Shown here in pieces: positions 7,547 to 16,462 of a DNA stretch of 24,000 nt. The notes below the pieces were generated by a model. The model was not told the origin of the DNA, did not search any database, and saw nothing but the letters and a program-made list of their open reading frames with translations. How positions within the stretch are numbered: position 1 is the stretch's first letter; the number at the start of each line of letters is the position of its first letter. The stretch lies in assembly GCF_000243255.1 (NCBI RefSeq), contig NZ_CM001436.1, forward strand, positions 2,724,743 to 2,748,742. The letters run 5' to 3'. The stretch is from Methanoplanus limicola DSM 2279. GTDB taxonomy: Archaea > Halobacteriota > Methanomicrobia > Methanomicrobiales > Methanomicrobiaceae. A program made the position numbers and the translations under genes.

Positions 7547-8719
7547 ATGAGAGTCTTTTTCATAGGATTTGGCCAGGCCGGGGGCAAAATTGTCGATATG
7601 TTCATCGAACAGGACAAGAAAGCCCCGGTTAGAAGCTTCAGAGGTATTGCAGTAAATACTGCAAGAACAGATCTGATGGGCCTGAGAAATATCGAACTCA
7701 AGGACAGAATACTTATCGGGCAGACGGTTGTAAAGGGCCACGGTGTCGGCACTGACAATGTCACAGGTGCAAAGATAACTGCCGATGAGATTGACAGCAT
7801 AATCAACACAATTGATTCGAGAGGAACTCACGATATAGATGCTTTTGTCGTAATTGCAGGTCTTGGAGGCGGTACAGGCTCCGGAGGAACTCCGGTTCTC
7901 TGCCGTCACTTAAAGAGAATTTACCGTGAACCGGTATATGCAGTAGGAATACTCCCTGCACCTGAAGAGGGCAGACTTTACTCCTACAATGCAGCAAGAA
8001 GCCTTTCAACCCTTGTCAACGAGGCCGATAATACTTTTATCTTTGATAACAGCGCCTGGAAGAATGAGGGTGAGAGCGTAAGGATGGCATACGAACGCCT
8101 CAACGATGAAATTGTCAGGCGTTTTGGTGTCCTTTTCCGCGCAGGAGAAGTCGGCAAGACAGGAGTCGGAGAGATGGTTGTCGATTCAAGTGAGATCATC
8201 AACACACTCCGCGGCGGAGGAGTCAGTTCAGTAGGATACGCAATAAGCGAGAAAGTGACCAAGAGCTCAAAACAGAAGAAAGGCTTCCTGGGCGGATTTT
8301 CGGTTAAGAAAAAGGACAACGCCGAAGAAGTTCTTACAGGAGAGGACAAGTCCGCCAAGATCATAGGTCTTGTCAGAAGGGCAATGCTTGGCCGGCTTAC
8401 TCTTCCGTGCGACTACACAACCGCTGAAAGGGCACTTGTACTCATTGCAGGTCCTTCTGATGAGATGGACAGAAAAGGTGTTGAGAAATCCAAGTCATGG
8501 GTTGAGGAGAATATCGCCGGTGTTGAGGTGCGTGGCGGTGACTATCCGCTTGAGAGTTCAAAAATTGCAGCAGTGGTCGTCCTTGCATCTATCGGAGACG
8601 CACCACGCATACGCGAACTTCTTGAAATTGCAAAAGAGACAAAGGAAGATGTTATCAAATCAAAGGAGAGACGTGTCACCATGTTTGATGACGATTCCGT
8701 TGATCCATTATTTGAGTGA
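7547..8719 (+). CDS. cetZ: CetZ-type tubulin/FtsZ-superfamily GTPase
   Basis: 390 aa. N-terminal FIGFGQAGGKIVD (CetZ/tubulin-like GQxG rather than the FtsZ GGGG motif), tubulin signature GLGGGTGSGGTP, and a T7-like region AYERLNDEIV. Acidic C-terminal tail MFDDDSVDPLFE. Confidence 0.85.
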   Translation: MRVFFIGFGQAGGKIVDMFIEQDKKAPVRSFRGIAVNTARTDLMGLRNIELKDRILIGQTVVKGHGVGTDNVTGAKITADEIDSIINTIDSRGTHDIDAFVVIAGLGGGTGSGGTPVLCRHLKRIYREPVYAVGILPAPEEGRLYSYNAARSLSTLVNEADNTFIFDNSAWKNEGESVRMAYERLNDEIVRRFGVLFRAGEVGKTGVGEMVVDSSEIINTLRGGGVSSVGYAISEKVTKSSKQKKGFLGGFSVKKKDNAEEVLTGEDKSAKIIGLVRRAMLGRLTLPCDYTTAERALVLIAGPSDEMDRKGVEKSKSWVEENIAGVEVRGGDYPLESSKIAAVVVLASIGDAPRIRELLEIAKETKEDVIKSKERRVTMFDDDSVDPLFE

Positions 8720-8726
8720 TGATTAA

Positions 8727-9851
8727 ATGAGAACAAAAATCTTTATTTTTCTGGCACTTTTACTGGCACTTATTATCTCAGTGCCGGCAGTATCGGCAGT
8801 TAGTTTTGACGAACCGGTTATTACACTAAAACCGGATCAGGCAGCCTACACTCCGGGCGACAGCATCTCGGTAGCTGCCGATTTAAAACTCTCAAGTTCG
8901 GGAGAGTCAACATTTCCGGCTTCACATTCACTTGAGGCATATACCGAGCTTGACAATCCGAAGTGGTATTACACAATACTGATAAACGGCCATGGAGAAG
9001 AGCAGCAGTCAACAAAGAAGAACCTGATTATCACAGGATATCTTCTGGAATATCCGGCTGATAAAAATGAAATATCCGTACGTTACAGGCTTGAGGCTGA
9101 AATACCCGATGTTTCTACAACCAGCGAGAAGATATTCATTGAGATCAGCCAGATAGATGCAGGCGGCGGACTTGTATCAGGAATGGATGAAAAATACCGG
9201 GTTGTCAAAAGAACGGTTTTAAATCCGGAAGACATCACAAAACTGAGAGGAATTATCAAAGAGGAACTTGACGCACTTGAAACCCAGATCCAGACAAAGC
9301 AGAACTCCGGTGTGGACGTAACAGGCGCACAGAACCTCTTTAACCAGGCTCAGAGCAAATACGAAAGTTCGGTTACTGCATCATACTCAAATGCAAACAC
9401 AATGCTAAATGACGCACTAAAGCTCATTGACGAAGCAGAGGTTGAACTGAACCGTGCATGGGCACAGAAAGCAATTGATGATGCGCAAAGCTCGATTACG
9501 GCCATTGATTTCTACCTGACCGACTTTAAGGTCAACAGGTCAATGACAAATGACGCCCGCGTCATCAACATCGAGACAAAGATTGAATCTGCGCAGTCTT
9601 CACTGAACTCTGCAAAGTCACTGATGAATGACAAAAACTACGCTCAGGCATACACAATTGCAGAGACATCAAGAAGCAAGTCGGAGGAAGCCCTGACATC
9701 TGCAAAAGAGATTTATGCAGAGGTCTCAAAAGGCCTTATCCCCGACCTTGGCGGCATGACAATAATATTTGTAATTATTGCCGTGGTCATTATTGGTGTC
9801 GCAGGCCTTCTGATATACAGAAGATATTCATCATGGGATGAACTTGGATAA
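8727..9851 (+). CDS. Secreted, C-terminally membrane-anchored protein with a beta-rich N-domain and a long helical/coiled region. Function unknown.
   Basis: 374 aa. Signal peptide MRTKIFIFLALLLALIISVPAVSA|VS, a helical Q/S/A/N-rich segment of about 170 aa, one C-terminal TM (MTIIFVIIAVVIIGVAGLLI) and an 11-aa tail YRRYSSWDELG. Starts 7 nt after the cetZ stop. Tandem TAA TAA stops. Confidence 0.6.
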   Translation: MRTKIFIFLALLLALIISVPAVSAVSFDEPVITLKPDQAAYTPGDSISVAADLKLSSSGESTFPASHSLEAYTELDNPKWYYTILINGHGEEQQSTKKNLIITGYLLEYPADKNEISVRYRLEAEIPDVSTTSEKIFIEISQIDAGGGLVSGMDEKYRVVKRTVLNPEDITKLRGIIKEELDALETQIQTKQNSGVDVTGAQNLFNQAQSKYESSVTASYSNANTMLNDALKLIDEAEVELNRAWAQKAIDDAQSSITAIDFYLTDFKVNRSMTNDARVINIETKIESAQSSLNSAKSLMNDKNYAQAYTIAETSRSKSEEALTSAKEIYAEVSKGLIPDLGGMTIIFVIIAVVIIGVAGLLIYRRYSSWDELG

Positions 9852-9878
9852 TAAACAATATAATTTAAAAAATATAAC

Positions 9879-9884
9879 TTTTTT
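9879..9884 (+). terminator. Oligo-T terminator after the cetZ-partner operon
   Basis: T6 lies 28 nt after the stop. A second T7 is at 9911-9917. Confidence 0.4.
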
Positions 9885-10092
9885 ATTCCATACAACCCAT
9901 CCGGCCATACTTTTTTTAGGGGAGATAAACTCCCATATGGAAAAATCAATCCAGATTCTGTCAAAACCATATCTGCATCCGACCCATAAACTCCAAAAAC
10001 ACTCATAAAGCGGATATTATGCCGGAAAAAATAAAATCCGGTTAATTCACTATACTGAAAAGACTAAAAAACCGGTAAAAAATACAGTTCAG

Positions 10093-10105
10093 AAAAATTA
10101 AAAAA
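10093..10105 (-). terminator. Oligo-T terminator after nfnB-like gene
   Basis: A5 and A6 runs on the + strand, giving T5/T6 on the coding strand, 18-30 nt after the stop at 10123-10125. Confidence 0.4.
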
Positions 10106-10122
10106 TATTGTCGGGAAGAGAC

Positions 10123-11472
10123 CTATTTCTTCATCAGCATCTCATTGATGCTGACAGCAGCCTTCCTGGCAGTACCCATAGCCTCAATGACAGTTGCCGC
10201 TCCGGTGGCGATGTCCCCGCCGGCATAGATCCTGTCAACCGATGTAAGGCCATGCTCATCCACAATCACATTACCTCTCCTGCCCCTCTCAAGGCCCTCT
10301 ATAAGGGATACGAGCAGCGGGTTGGGGCTTTGCCCTATTGCTTCAATAACAACATCCACATCAAGCGTAAACACCGCCTCATCGCCTTTCATCGGAACCG
10401 GACACGGCCTTCCGCTCTCATCCAAATCGCACATCTCCATTCTGACGCATTCAATGCCTGTGACAGCAGGACCACCAAGGATCTTTACAGGGTTTGCACA
10501 GCATATGAATTCAACACCTTCTTCTATGGCATTGTGTACTTCCTCCTCTCTTGCAGGGAGGTCCTCCTCACGCCTGCGGTAGATGAGATATACTTCCGCA
10601 CCCATCCTTCTTGATACCCTTGCAGAGTCCATTGCGACATTTCCGCCGCCGACAACTGCAACACGGCTGCCCTTCATAACCGGAGTATCGTACTCGGGGA
10701 AGGCATTGGCATGCATGAGATTGACACGGGTCAGGAATTCATTTGCAGAATAGACACCACTGAGATTTTCACCCTCAATACCCATGAAGGAAGGAAGACC
10801 TGCTCCTGTTCCAAGAAATACTGCGTCAAACTCCAGAAGTTCCTCAACAGAGACTGTTCTTCCGGCGATGTGATTGAGCTTCAGTTCAACGCCCATATCC
10901 AGAATCTGCTCAATCTCAGCCTTAACAATCTCCTTTGGGAGGCGGAATTCAGGGATACCGTATGTAAGCACACCGCCGGCCTCGTGCAGGGATTCAAAAA
11001 CGGTCACAGAATGCCCGTACCTTGCAAGTTCAGCTGCGGCCGTAATACCGGCAGGGCCGGAACCGACAACTGCCACCCGTTTGCCGGTTGGAGACATAAT
11101 TTCCGGAAGAGTCATTCCGGCTTCCCTCTCCCTGTCGGCAACAAACCTTTCAAGTGCACCTATTCTGACAGGTTTCTCCTTCTTGCCAAGTACACACAGA
11201 CCCTCACACTGATTCTCCTGCGGACAGACCCTTCCGCATATTGCCGGAAGCATATTGTCTTTCTTTATAATCGCAGCAGCGCCTTTGAAATCCTCTTCGG
11301 CAATTGCCCTGATAAATGCAGATATATCAATATTTACCGGACACCCCTTTGTACACTGCGGACGGACACAGTCCATACAGCGGAGCGCCTCAAGTACGGC
11401 ATTCTGCTCAGAAATGCCCTCATTGACCTCATTAAAGTCCGCAATTCTCTCATCACCGGCCCGCTTAGTCAT
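10123..11472 (-). CDS. nfnB: NfnB/SudA-type subunit (glutamate synthase small-subunit-like, 2x[4Fe-4S] + FAD + NAD(P)H)
   Basis: 449 aa. N-terminal Cys clusters (CMDCVRPQCTKGCP, CGRVCPQENQCEGLC) followed by two Rossmann motifs (VAVVGSGPAGITAA, VAVVGGGNVAMD). Overlaps the upstream partner gene by 8 nt. Confidence 0.8.
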   Translation of the reverse strand: MTKRAGDERIADFNEVNEGISEQNAVLEALRCMDCVRPQCTKGCPVNIDISAFIRAIAEEDFKGAAAIIKKDNMLPAICGRVCPQENQCEGLCVLGKKEKPVRIGALERFVADREREAGMTLPEIMSPTGKRVAVVGSGPAGITAAAELARYGHSVTVFESLHEAGGVLTYGIPEFRLPKEIVKAEIEQILDMGVELKLNHIAGRTVSVEELLEFDAVFLGTGAGLPSFMGIEGENLSGVYSANEFLTRVNLMHANAFPEYDTPVMKGSRVAVVGGGNVAMDSARVSRRMGAEVYLIYRRREEDLPAREEEVHNAIEEGVEFICCANPVKILGGPAVTGIECVRMEMCDLDESGRPCPVPMKGDEAVFTLDVDVVIEAIGQSPNPLLVSLIEGLERGRRGNVIVDEHGLTSVDRIYAGGDIATGAATVIEAMGTARKAAVSINEMLMKK

Positions 11473-12325
11473 GATGGTCTCCTCCGCAGGAGCACTGGTG
11501 ATCCTGAAACAGTTTAAGGGACTCTTTCTCCTGTGCGGTGTATGTCCTCTGCCTGCTCATAAGTTCATCCCAGTCCACAAGGTGGGCATCAAATTCCGGC
11601 CCGTCAACACAGGCAAATTTAGTCTCACCGCCGATTGTGACACGGCATGAACCGCACATGCCTGTACCGTCCACCATGATGGGATTGAGGCTTACATATG
11701 TTTTGACTTTATACGGAATGGTTGCCATTGAGGTAATCTTCATCATAATGCCGGGGCCGATTATCCATACGCAGTCAATCTTCTCACCATCTGAAAGCTT
11801 CTTTTTAAGTATGTCAGCCGGAAATCCGTGGAAGCCATAGCTGCCGTCATCTGTACAGACAACAAGCTCATCACAGTGTGTCGCCAGTTCATCCTTTAAG
11901 AGGAGAAGTGACTCATTTCTTGCACCGATAATTCCCGTGACATTATTGCCCGCTGCTTTGAGTTCCCTTGCAAGAATAGGAAGGCATGCAATACCGACAC
12001 CACCGCCAATAACCACACAGTTCCCAAAATTGCCCATCTCACTCGGGTGCCCGAGAGGGCCGGCAATATCCCTGATCTCATCCCCGGATTTTAGGGTGGA
12101 GAGATATGTTGTCGTCTTTCCGACAGCCATAAAAACAATCCTGACAAGACTGCCGTCAGTCTCCGATATTGTCAGGGGAATCCTCTCACCCGAATCGTTA
12201 ATTCTGATTACTACAAACTGTCCTGCCCGCGCATTTTTCGTGATATGAGGCGCATTTATCCAGAACTCAAAAATATTATCTGCGATCTCAGTCGCCTTCT
12301 CGATTTTATATCCCAATAGATTCAC
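11465..12325 (-). CDS. nfnA: NfnA/SudB-type subunit (ferredoxin-NADP reductase-like FAD domain plus C-terminal [2Fe-2S])
   Basis: 286 aa. FNR-like fold motifs (RIPLTIS, VVIGGGVGIA) and a C-terminal Cys cluster DGTGMCGSCRV...FACVDGP. GTG start. Confidence 0.8.
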   Translation of the reverse strand: MNLLGYKIEKATEIADNIFEFWINAPHITKNARAGQFVVIRINDSGERIPLTISETDGSLVRIVFMAVGKTTTYLSTLKSGDEIRDIAGPLGHPSEMGNFGNCVVIGGGVGIACLPILARELKAAGNNVTGIIGARNESLLLLKDELATHCDELVVCTDDGSYGFHGFPADILKKKLSDGEKIDCVWIIGPGIMMKITSMATIPYKVKTYVSLNPIMVDGTGMCGSCRVTIGGETKFACVDGPEFDAHLVDWDELMSRQRTYTAQEKESLKLFQDHQCSCGGDHHD

Positions 12326-12352
12326 TCCGGAGTAAAAATTTGTGTATATTAA

Positions 12353-13996
12353 TTATTCGTTTAGCTTCTTTACCTTACGCACCCTGACAGCAACTCCGCG
12401 CCGGGAATTCTCCATCTCAGCCGGCCCCATGACAGCTCTTCCGGTTGCAAGGGCGCTCTCACCGGAGACCAAAACCTCATCACCAGGGCGGATCTCCGGG
12501 CCACATGAGATAACTCCGGGTGCGAGAATATCACCCTGCGGGATGAAGTTGTCAATCCTGACCCTGTAGATGCCGCCAAGAAGCTGCCAGCCGTTAAATG
12601 TAGGACGGAAAAGTCCGGTATCATTATCAATGCTGAAGAACTGGGTCTTTCCCTTCAGGACTTTCTCACGCCCGAATCTTCCCTTGATCATAAGTCCGGA
12701 TGTATCGACATCCTTTCCAAACTGCCAGTTTATTGTTCCGGAGATAACATCAGGCCTCTTCTTTCTCTCACCGGAGAGTGCCTCATCAAGCTTTTTGAGC
12801 GAGTCATATGAAGTGGGGCGGTCATCAGCGACAGTCACTTCATAATCCATTCCAAGCCTCTCAAATGAGTCCTTTGCGATATCAAGGGCATCACCGTCAA
12901 GGTGCAGAATTATCCTGTCGTAATGGTTTTTGGCAAAATACCTCTCAATGAGTGAGCCGATTATCTTTCTCTCCTCTCCGTCCCAGTAGCCTGTTACAGG
13001 CACATCGTAATGACCTGCAGGGTAGATCCTCTCAAGCTCTCTTGGAACAACTCCGAGAGGTGACGTGATTATAATCTCGTGGGCACGGTTCTGGATTGCG
13101 TTCTGATATTTCTTATGTGACTGCGACTGCGAGTAGGGCTTTCTTGCCGAACATGGCAGAAGAACAGCTACATCAGACCTCTTAGGGACAAATCTCTCAA
13201 TGACGCGCTTCTCAAACCTGACTACTTCAGGACGTTTCAGGGATTCACCGGAGTTTGCAGCGAGTGTTATGCTTCTTACAACCGGAATACTGCCCTCGGC
13301 AAACTTATACTCGCTGTCAGAAAGCCTCAGGACAGAGACCTGCCATGCGGAATTTCTGCACCTCTTCTCAAGGTGTTCACGCAGTGTGCCGGCCTTTATG
13401 TGGTTTTTCACAACCGAAATTTCGGCCTGAAGGGTAAGGCGGTTATGCAGCTTCAGGTCACCTTTAAGGCAGCCTGCACAGGTGCATACACCGGAGGCCA
13501 GCCATTCATCCGCAGGATATTCACCGTCAGATGTGCAGAATATGCCTGTGGCCGTCTTCAGATCCACCGCTGTATAGTCGAAGAGATCAAAACCTGAGGA
13601 GATGAGAGTTGCAGCATTTGAGGGCAGGGCAGATGCCGGTGCGTACCAGAGAGTGTCGCAGGGATTATTCCTCTTCATCTGCATAATCCATTTTGAGTAG
13701 TATACCGGATTTTCGATGACTGTATGCCAGTTGGATACCAGCACAACATCGCCGGACTCTGCCCTGTTTTCTGATGCAGGGTGGACTGCTACAGCACCTT
13801 CAGGGTCTGCCAGGTATTTCTCTGCAAATTCATCTCCGGCAAAGAGCGGGACATTTGAGTGACGGGATTTACCAAGTCCCGGAATCAGATTCCGGATATA
13901 TTCAGAATCCGCCGCAAAGGGTGTCTCCAGATTCAGTTCACCCTCGATGTAAATGCCGGTTCTTGCCGGCCCGTCCCTTATTTTAACTTCAAACAT
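12353..13996 (-). CDS. arcS: Archaeosine synthase ArcS (TgtA2 paralogue with C-terminal PUA domain)
   Basis: Contains the ArcS signature [13 protein letters not shown] (PC-x3-KPY) and a C-terminal PUA-like domain ([15 protein letters not shown]...GRAVM). I prefer the ATG at 13996 ([14 protein letters not shown], a TGT-like N-terminus) over the TTG at 14014 used by the ORF track. Confidence 0.85.
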   Translation of the reverse strand: MFEVKIRDGPARTGIYIEGELNLETPFAADSEYIRNLIPGLGKSRHSNVPLFAGDEFAEKYLADPEGAVAVHPASENRAESGDVVLVSNWHTVIENPVYYSKWIMQMKRNNPCDTLWYAPASALPSNAATLISSGFDLFDYTAVDLKTATGIFCTSDGEYPADEWLASGVCTCAGCLKGDLKLHNRLTLQAEISVVKNHIKAGTLREHLEKRCRNSAWQVSVLRLSDSEYKFAEGSIPVVRSITLAANSGESLKRPEVVRFEKRVIERFVPKRSDVAVLLPCSARKPYSQSQSHKKYQNAIQNRAHEIIITSPLGVVPRELERIYPAGHYDVPVTGYWDGEERKIIGSLIERYFAKNHYDRIILHLDGDALDIAKDSFERLGMDYEVTVADDRPTSYDSLKKLDEALSGERKKRPDVISGTINWQFGKDVDTSGLMIKGRFGREKVLKGKTQFFSIDNDTGLFRPTFNGWQLLGGIYRVRIDNFIPQGDILAPGVISCGPEIRPGDEVLVSGESALATGRAVMGPAEMENSRRGVAVRVRKVKKLNE

Positions 13997-15449
13997 ATCT
14001 GATTCTCTCCTCAAAGTCTTTCAGGCAAAGTTCTGCTATATCCTCAAATTCCCCGTTCATGCAGATATAAAATTCGGTCTCAGGGTTTGATCTTATGAGT
14101 TCATACACACCCTTAAGGCCGGATTTCACCATATCATCATCCCATCCGGGAATCTCAGTCTGCCCCACGGGAAATGTCTCAGACAGTTCAGGGGGGTAAG
14201 GGCCAAAGGGGGGCCTGAAGAGAAATACGGAATCAAAAGTGGGAAGATCAGACGGCACGGTGCCTGAAATCTTAATCAGGGATATATCTCCGGCTTCAAA
14301 CCTCTCTGCCATCCTGTGGTACCTCAGCACCTCGGTTCTCTGGCAGGACTCAGAACCCCTGTAGAAGAATCTTCTCTTGACAGCATTGTCCGACTCTTCA
14401 AGCCTTTCCCTGTACTTCAGCAGCTCACGGTACCCGTCAAGCAGGAGAGGATGACTTCTGCATCTCTCATCCACAAGCTCCCATAACGTCCCGTCAAGTA
14501 TTGCCTGCCTTATTGTTGAGATCTCTGCAAGTGTAACATAGAGATTGTGAAGGGCTAAAAGGCGTTCTCTCTCAGGGGATTTTTTCAGTTCTTCCGCAGT
14601 GTGTTTCCGGCAGACATCACATGCACATGGAAGTTCGTTTAACTCATCAAGTTTCAGACTGCCCCTTGTGGTCATATACCGTCCCTCACGGGCATAGAGA
14701 GCATAGGCTGCCGAATCAAAGACATCACAGCCCATTGCAGTGGCAAGGGCAAACATGGACGGATGCCCGGCGCCGAAGAGATGGATACATGACGAAGGTG
14801 AGAGACCCTCCTTTGCCGCCATTACGACACGGACAAGATCCCTGTAACGGTAATTCTCCATCAGCGGTACAACAGCACCAACCGGACAGAAGACAACGCC
14901 CATATCACGGACTGACTCTGCTGCCTTAAGCCTCAGGTCTTCATGAATGCCCCCCTGAACCGGCGCGGCAAGATGGCCGTCGTCAATGACCGTAAGAGCT
15001 TCACGTATTCTTTTGTCTGTCACGGACAGTTCCGCGTCCGCTTCATCGTGATCCCTGTCAGGTGATGTGGCAATGTCCATAGGAACGATTATCTCACTGC
15101 CAATCGCTCTCTGAAACTGTACAGTCTCGGTATTGGTAAAGCTCACATCGCCATAGACAGACTGCTGAAAAGCGCCGGAATCTGTCATAATTATCCCTGA
15201 GAAGTTCAGGATATTATGCAGGCCCTCATTCAGCGCCCTCTCCCTGAACTCTTCGCTCTTGCTGAAGATGTAGGCATTTGTTATGAGAGCCTCAACTCCG
15301 AGTTTTTCCATCTCTTCAGGTTTTATTATCTGGATATGCGGGTTTATCACCGGAAGAAGGAGCGGCGTCTTTGCTGTCTTGTCACCAACCTTCAGTTTTC
15401 CGGTCCTGCCCATTATATCCTTATGAATTACCTCAAAACTTATTGACAA
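13989..15449 (-). CDS. tgtA: Archaeal tRNA-guanine(15) transglycosylase (ArcTGT)
   Basis: 486 aa. TGT catalytic-domain motifs ([15 protein letters not shown]) and the zinc site [14 protein letters not shown] start preceded at 7 nt by a strong SD, GGAGTGA. Confidence 0.9.
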   Translation of the reverse strand: MSISFEVIHKDIMGRTGKLKVGDKTAKTPLLLPVINPHIQIIKPEEMEKLGVEALITNAYIFSKSEEFRERALNEGLHNILNFSGIIMTDSGAFQQSVYGDVSFTNTETVQFQRAIGSEIIVPMDIATSPDRDHDEADAELSVTDKRIREALTVIDDGHLAAPVQGGIHEDLRLKAAESVRDMGVVFCPVGAVVPLMENYRYRDLVRVVMAAKEGLSPSSCIHLFGAGHPSMFALATAMGCDVFDSAAYALYAREGRYMTTRGSLKLDELNELPCACDVCRKHTAEELKKSPERERLLALHNLYVTLAEISTIRQAILDGTLWELVDERCRSHPLLLDGYRELLKYRERLEESDNAVKRRFFYRGSESCQRTEVLRYHRMAERFEAGDISLIKISGTVPSDLPTFDSVFLFRPPFGPYPPELSETFPVGQTEIPGWDDDMVKSGLKGVYELIRSNPETEFYICMNGEFEDIAELCLKDFEERIRYV

Positions 15450-15455
15450 CTAAAT

Positions 15456-16019
15456 TCACTCCTTTTCAGAAAATATCTGGCCTTCAAATCTCTTCAGTTC
15501 AGTCTCCGGGTTCTTCCAGAATCCCGGAATAAATCCTGCCTTCTGACAGGTATGGTCCAGGAATTCTTCTGCGTCCCAGCCGTATTCGGTCGCTACCTGC
15601 GGAAGAAGAAGGCCGCTTCTGCCAAATCCTGAGATGATCAGGCCATGCTTTCCAATCTCTATCCTATCCGGTCTCCTGAGCGGATCACCGGATAATGTCT
15701 CAGGCGGCGTCAGAACTGTAATATCTATAGTAATTTCACTCAGTTCATCAGGCTTTACCCTTTCAAAACGGGGATCTGCCGTTGCGGATGAGGCGGCTGC
15801 CTCCCTGAGCGCATCCTTAAGCGGCATCACAGGATACGGAATGCCTATACATCCTCTGAGGCTGCCACCTTTGTTCAGAGTTACAAATACTCCGCGCTTA
15901 TCCTCAAAAACCGCAGTCGGTTCAGGACAGACGTTCTTTTCTCCGGAGATCGCTTCATTTACCACACTTCTTGCAATGCATAATGCAATCTTTCCTTCAC
16001 TCTCATCCAGCAGTTCCAT
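15456..16019 (-). CDS. AMMECR1-domain protein
   Basis: 187 aa. GVFVTLNKGGSLRGCIG...DPRF...EITVLTPP...GLLLPQV is the conserved AMMECR1 core. The stop lies 6 nt before the tgtA start. Confidence 0.85.
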   Translation of the reverse strand: MELLDESEGKIALCIARSVVNEAISGEKNVCPEPTAVFEDKRGVFVTLNKGGSLRGCIGIPYPVMPLKDALREAAASSATADPRFERVKPDELSEITIDITVLTPPETLSGDPLRRPDRIEIGKHGLIISGFGRSGLLLPQVATEYGWDAEEFLDHTCQKAGFIPGFWKNPETELKRFEGQIFSEKE

Positions 16020-16024
16020 TACCT

Positions 16025-16033
16025 AAATATATT
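16025..16033 (+). promoter_or_regulatory. Candidate TATA box for RNase P RNA
   Basis: AAATATATT lies about 25 nt upstream of the inferred P1 5' end (about 16055). On the other strand TTATTATT (16043-16050) sits about 25 nt upstream of the AMMECR1 ATG, which suggests back-to-back promoters and a leaderless AMMECR1 mRNA. Confidence 0.35.
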
Positions 16034-16054
16034 GGTGTCAGGTAATAATAAGAA

Positions 16055-16368
16055 GAGAGGGAGAGTGCGGCCGACGGCAGTATCTATTTACTGCTGAGGA
16101 AAGTCCCCACTCCGACCGGAAATGATGCTGCATGCAAGTGCAGGTGGCGAGAGTCATGGCTCTGGCACAGAAACGACACGGCCCTCTGCTTAGCTGATGA
16201 GGCAGAAACAAACTGCCGAGGCATTTTGAGGCAAAGGGAGACGATGGAACGGTGAATCCCTTCAGGAGCAAGCCGAACAGGAGCATAACGGTATTTTCGG
16301 ACCGGTTCCGGGTACGGCGCACAGCTGAATGCCGCAGAAACATAATGGGGCTTACTCCTCCCACTCAC
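16055..16368 (+). ncRNA. rnpB: RNase P RNA (archaeal type A)
   Basis: Universal conserved regions are present on the + strand: CR-I GAGGAAAGTCC (16096-16106); GGCACAGAAACGAC (J11/12-like); GGTGAATCCCTTCAGGAGCAAGCCGAACAGG (compare bacterial GGUAAACUCC...GGAGCAAGGCCAAAUAGG); and CR-V CAGAAACATAATGGGGCTTAC (16335-16355). P2 TGCGGC/GCCGCA, a P3 hairpin GCAGTA...TACTGC, and P1 GAGGGAGAG/CTCCTCCC. The ends are approximate, about +/-8 nt. Confidence 0.9.
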
Positions 16369-16462
16369 ATACTTTTACGGTTATTACCACGACATTTTAT
16401 TCTGACAATAAAACATTACCAACAGTAATTATTATACCCAATGATCTCTTACAATACTAATT

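Noticed and set aside
9713-10006. 97-aa minus-strand ORF spanning the end of the cetZ-partner gene and the spacer
   Set aside because: It overlaps the well-supported + strand gene and crosses oligo-T/A terminator tracts. The translation is Tyr/Ile-rich and low in complexity.
13997-14014. TTG start of arcS giving a 26-nt overlap with tgtA
   Set aside because: An ATG at 13996 gives the TGT-like N-terminus MFEVKIRDG, lies just after the tgtA stop and has an upstream GAGGAG. The extra MRRESD extension is probably not translated.
16038-16368. Two overlapping minus-strand ORFs of 108 and 94 aa
   Set aside because: They lie entirely within the + strand RNase P RNA. The G+C-rich structured RNA keeps the frames open by chance, and the translated products are Arg/Ser/Cys-rich nonsense.
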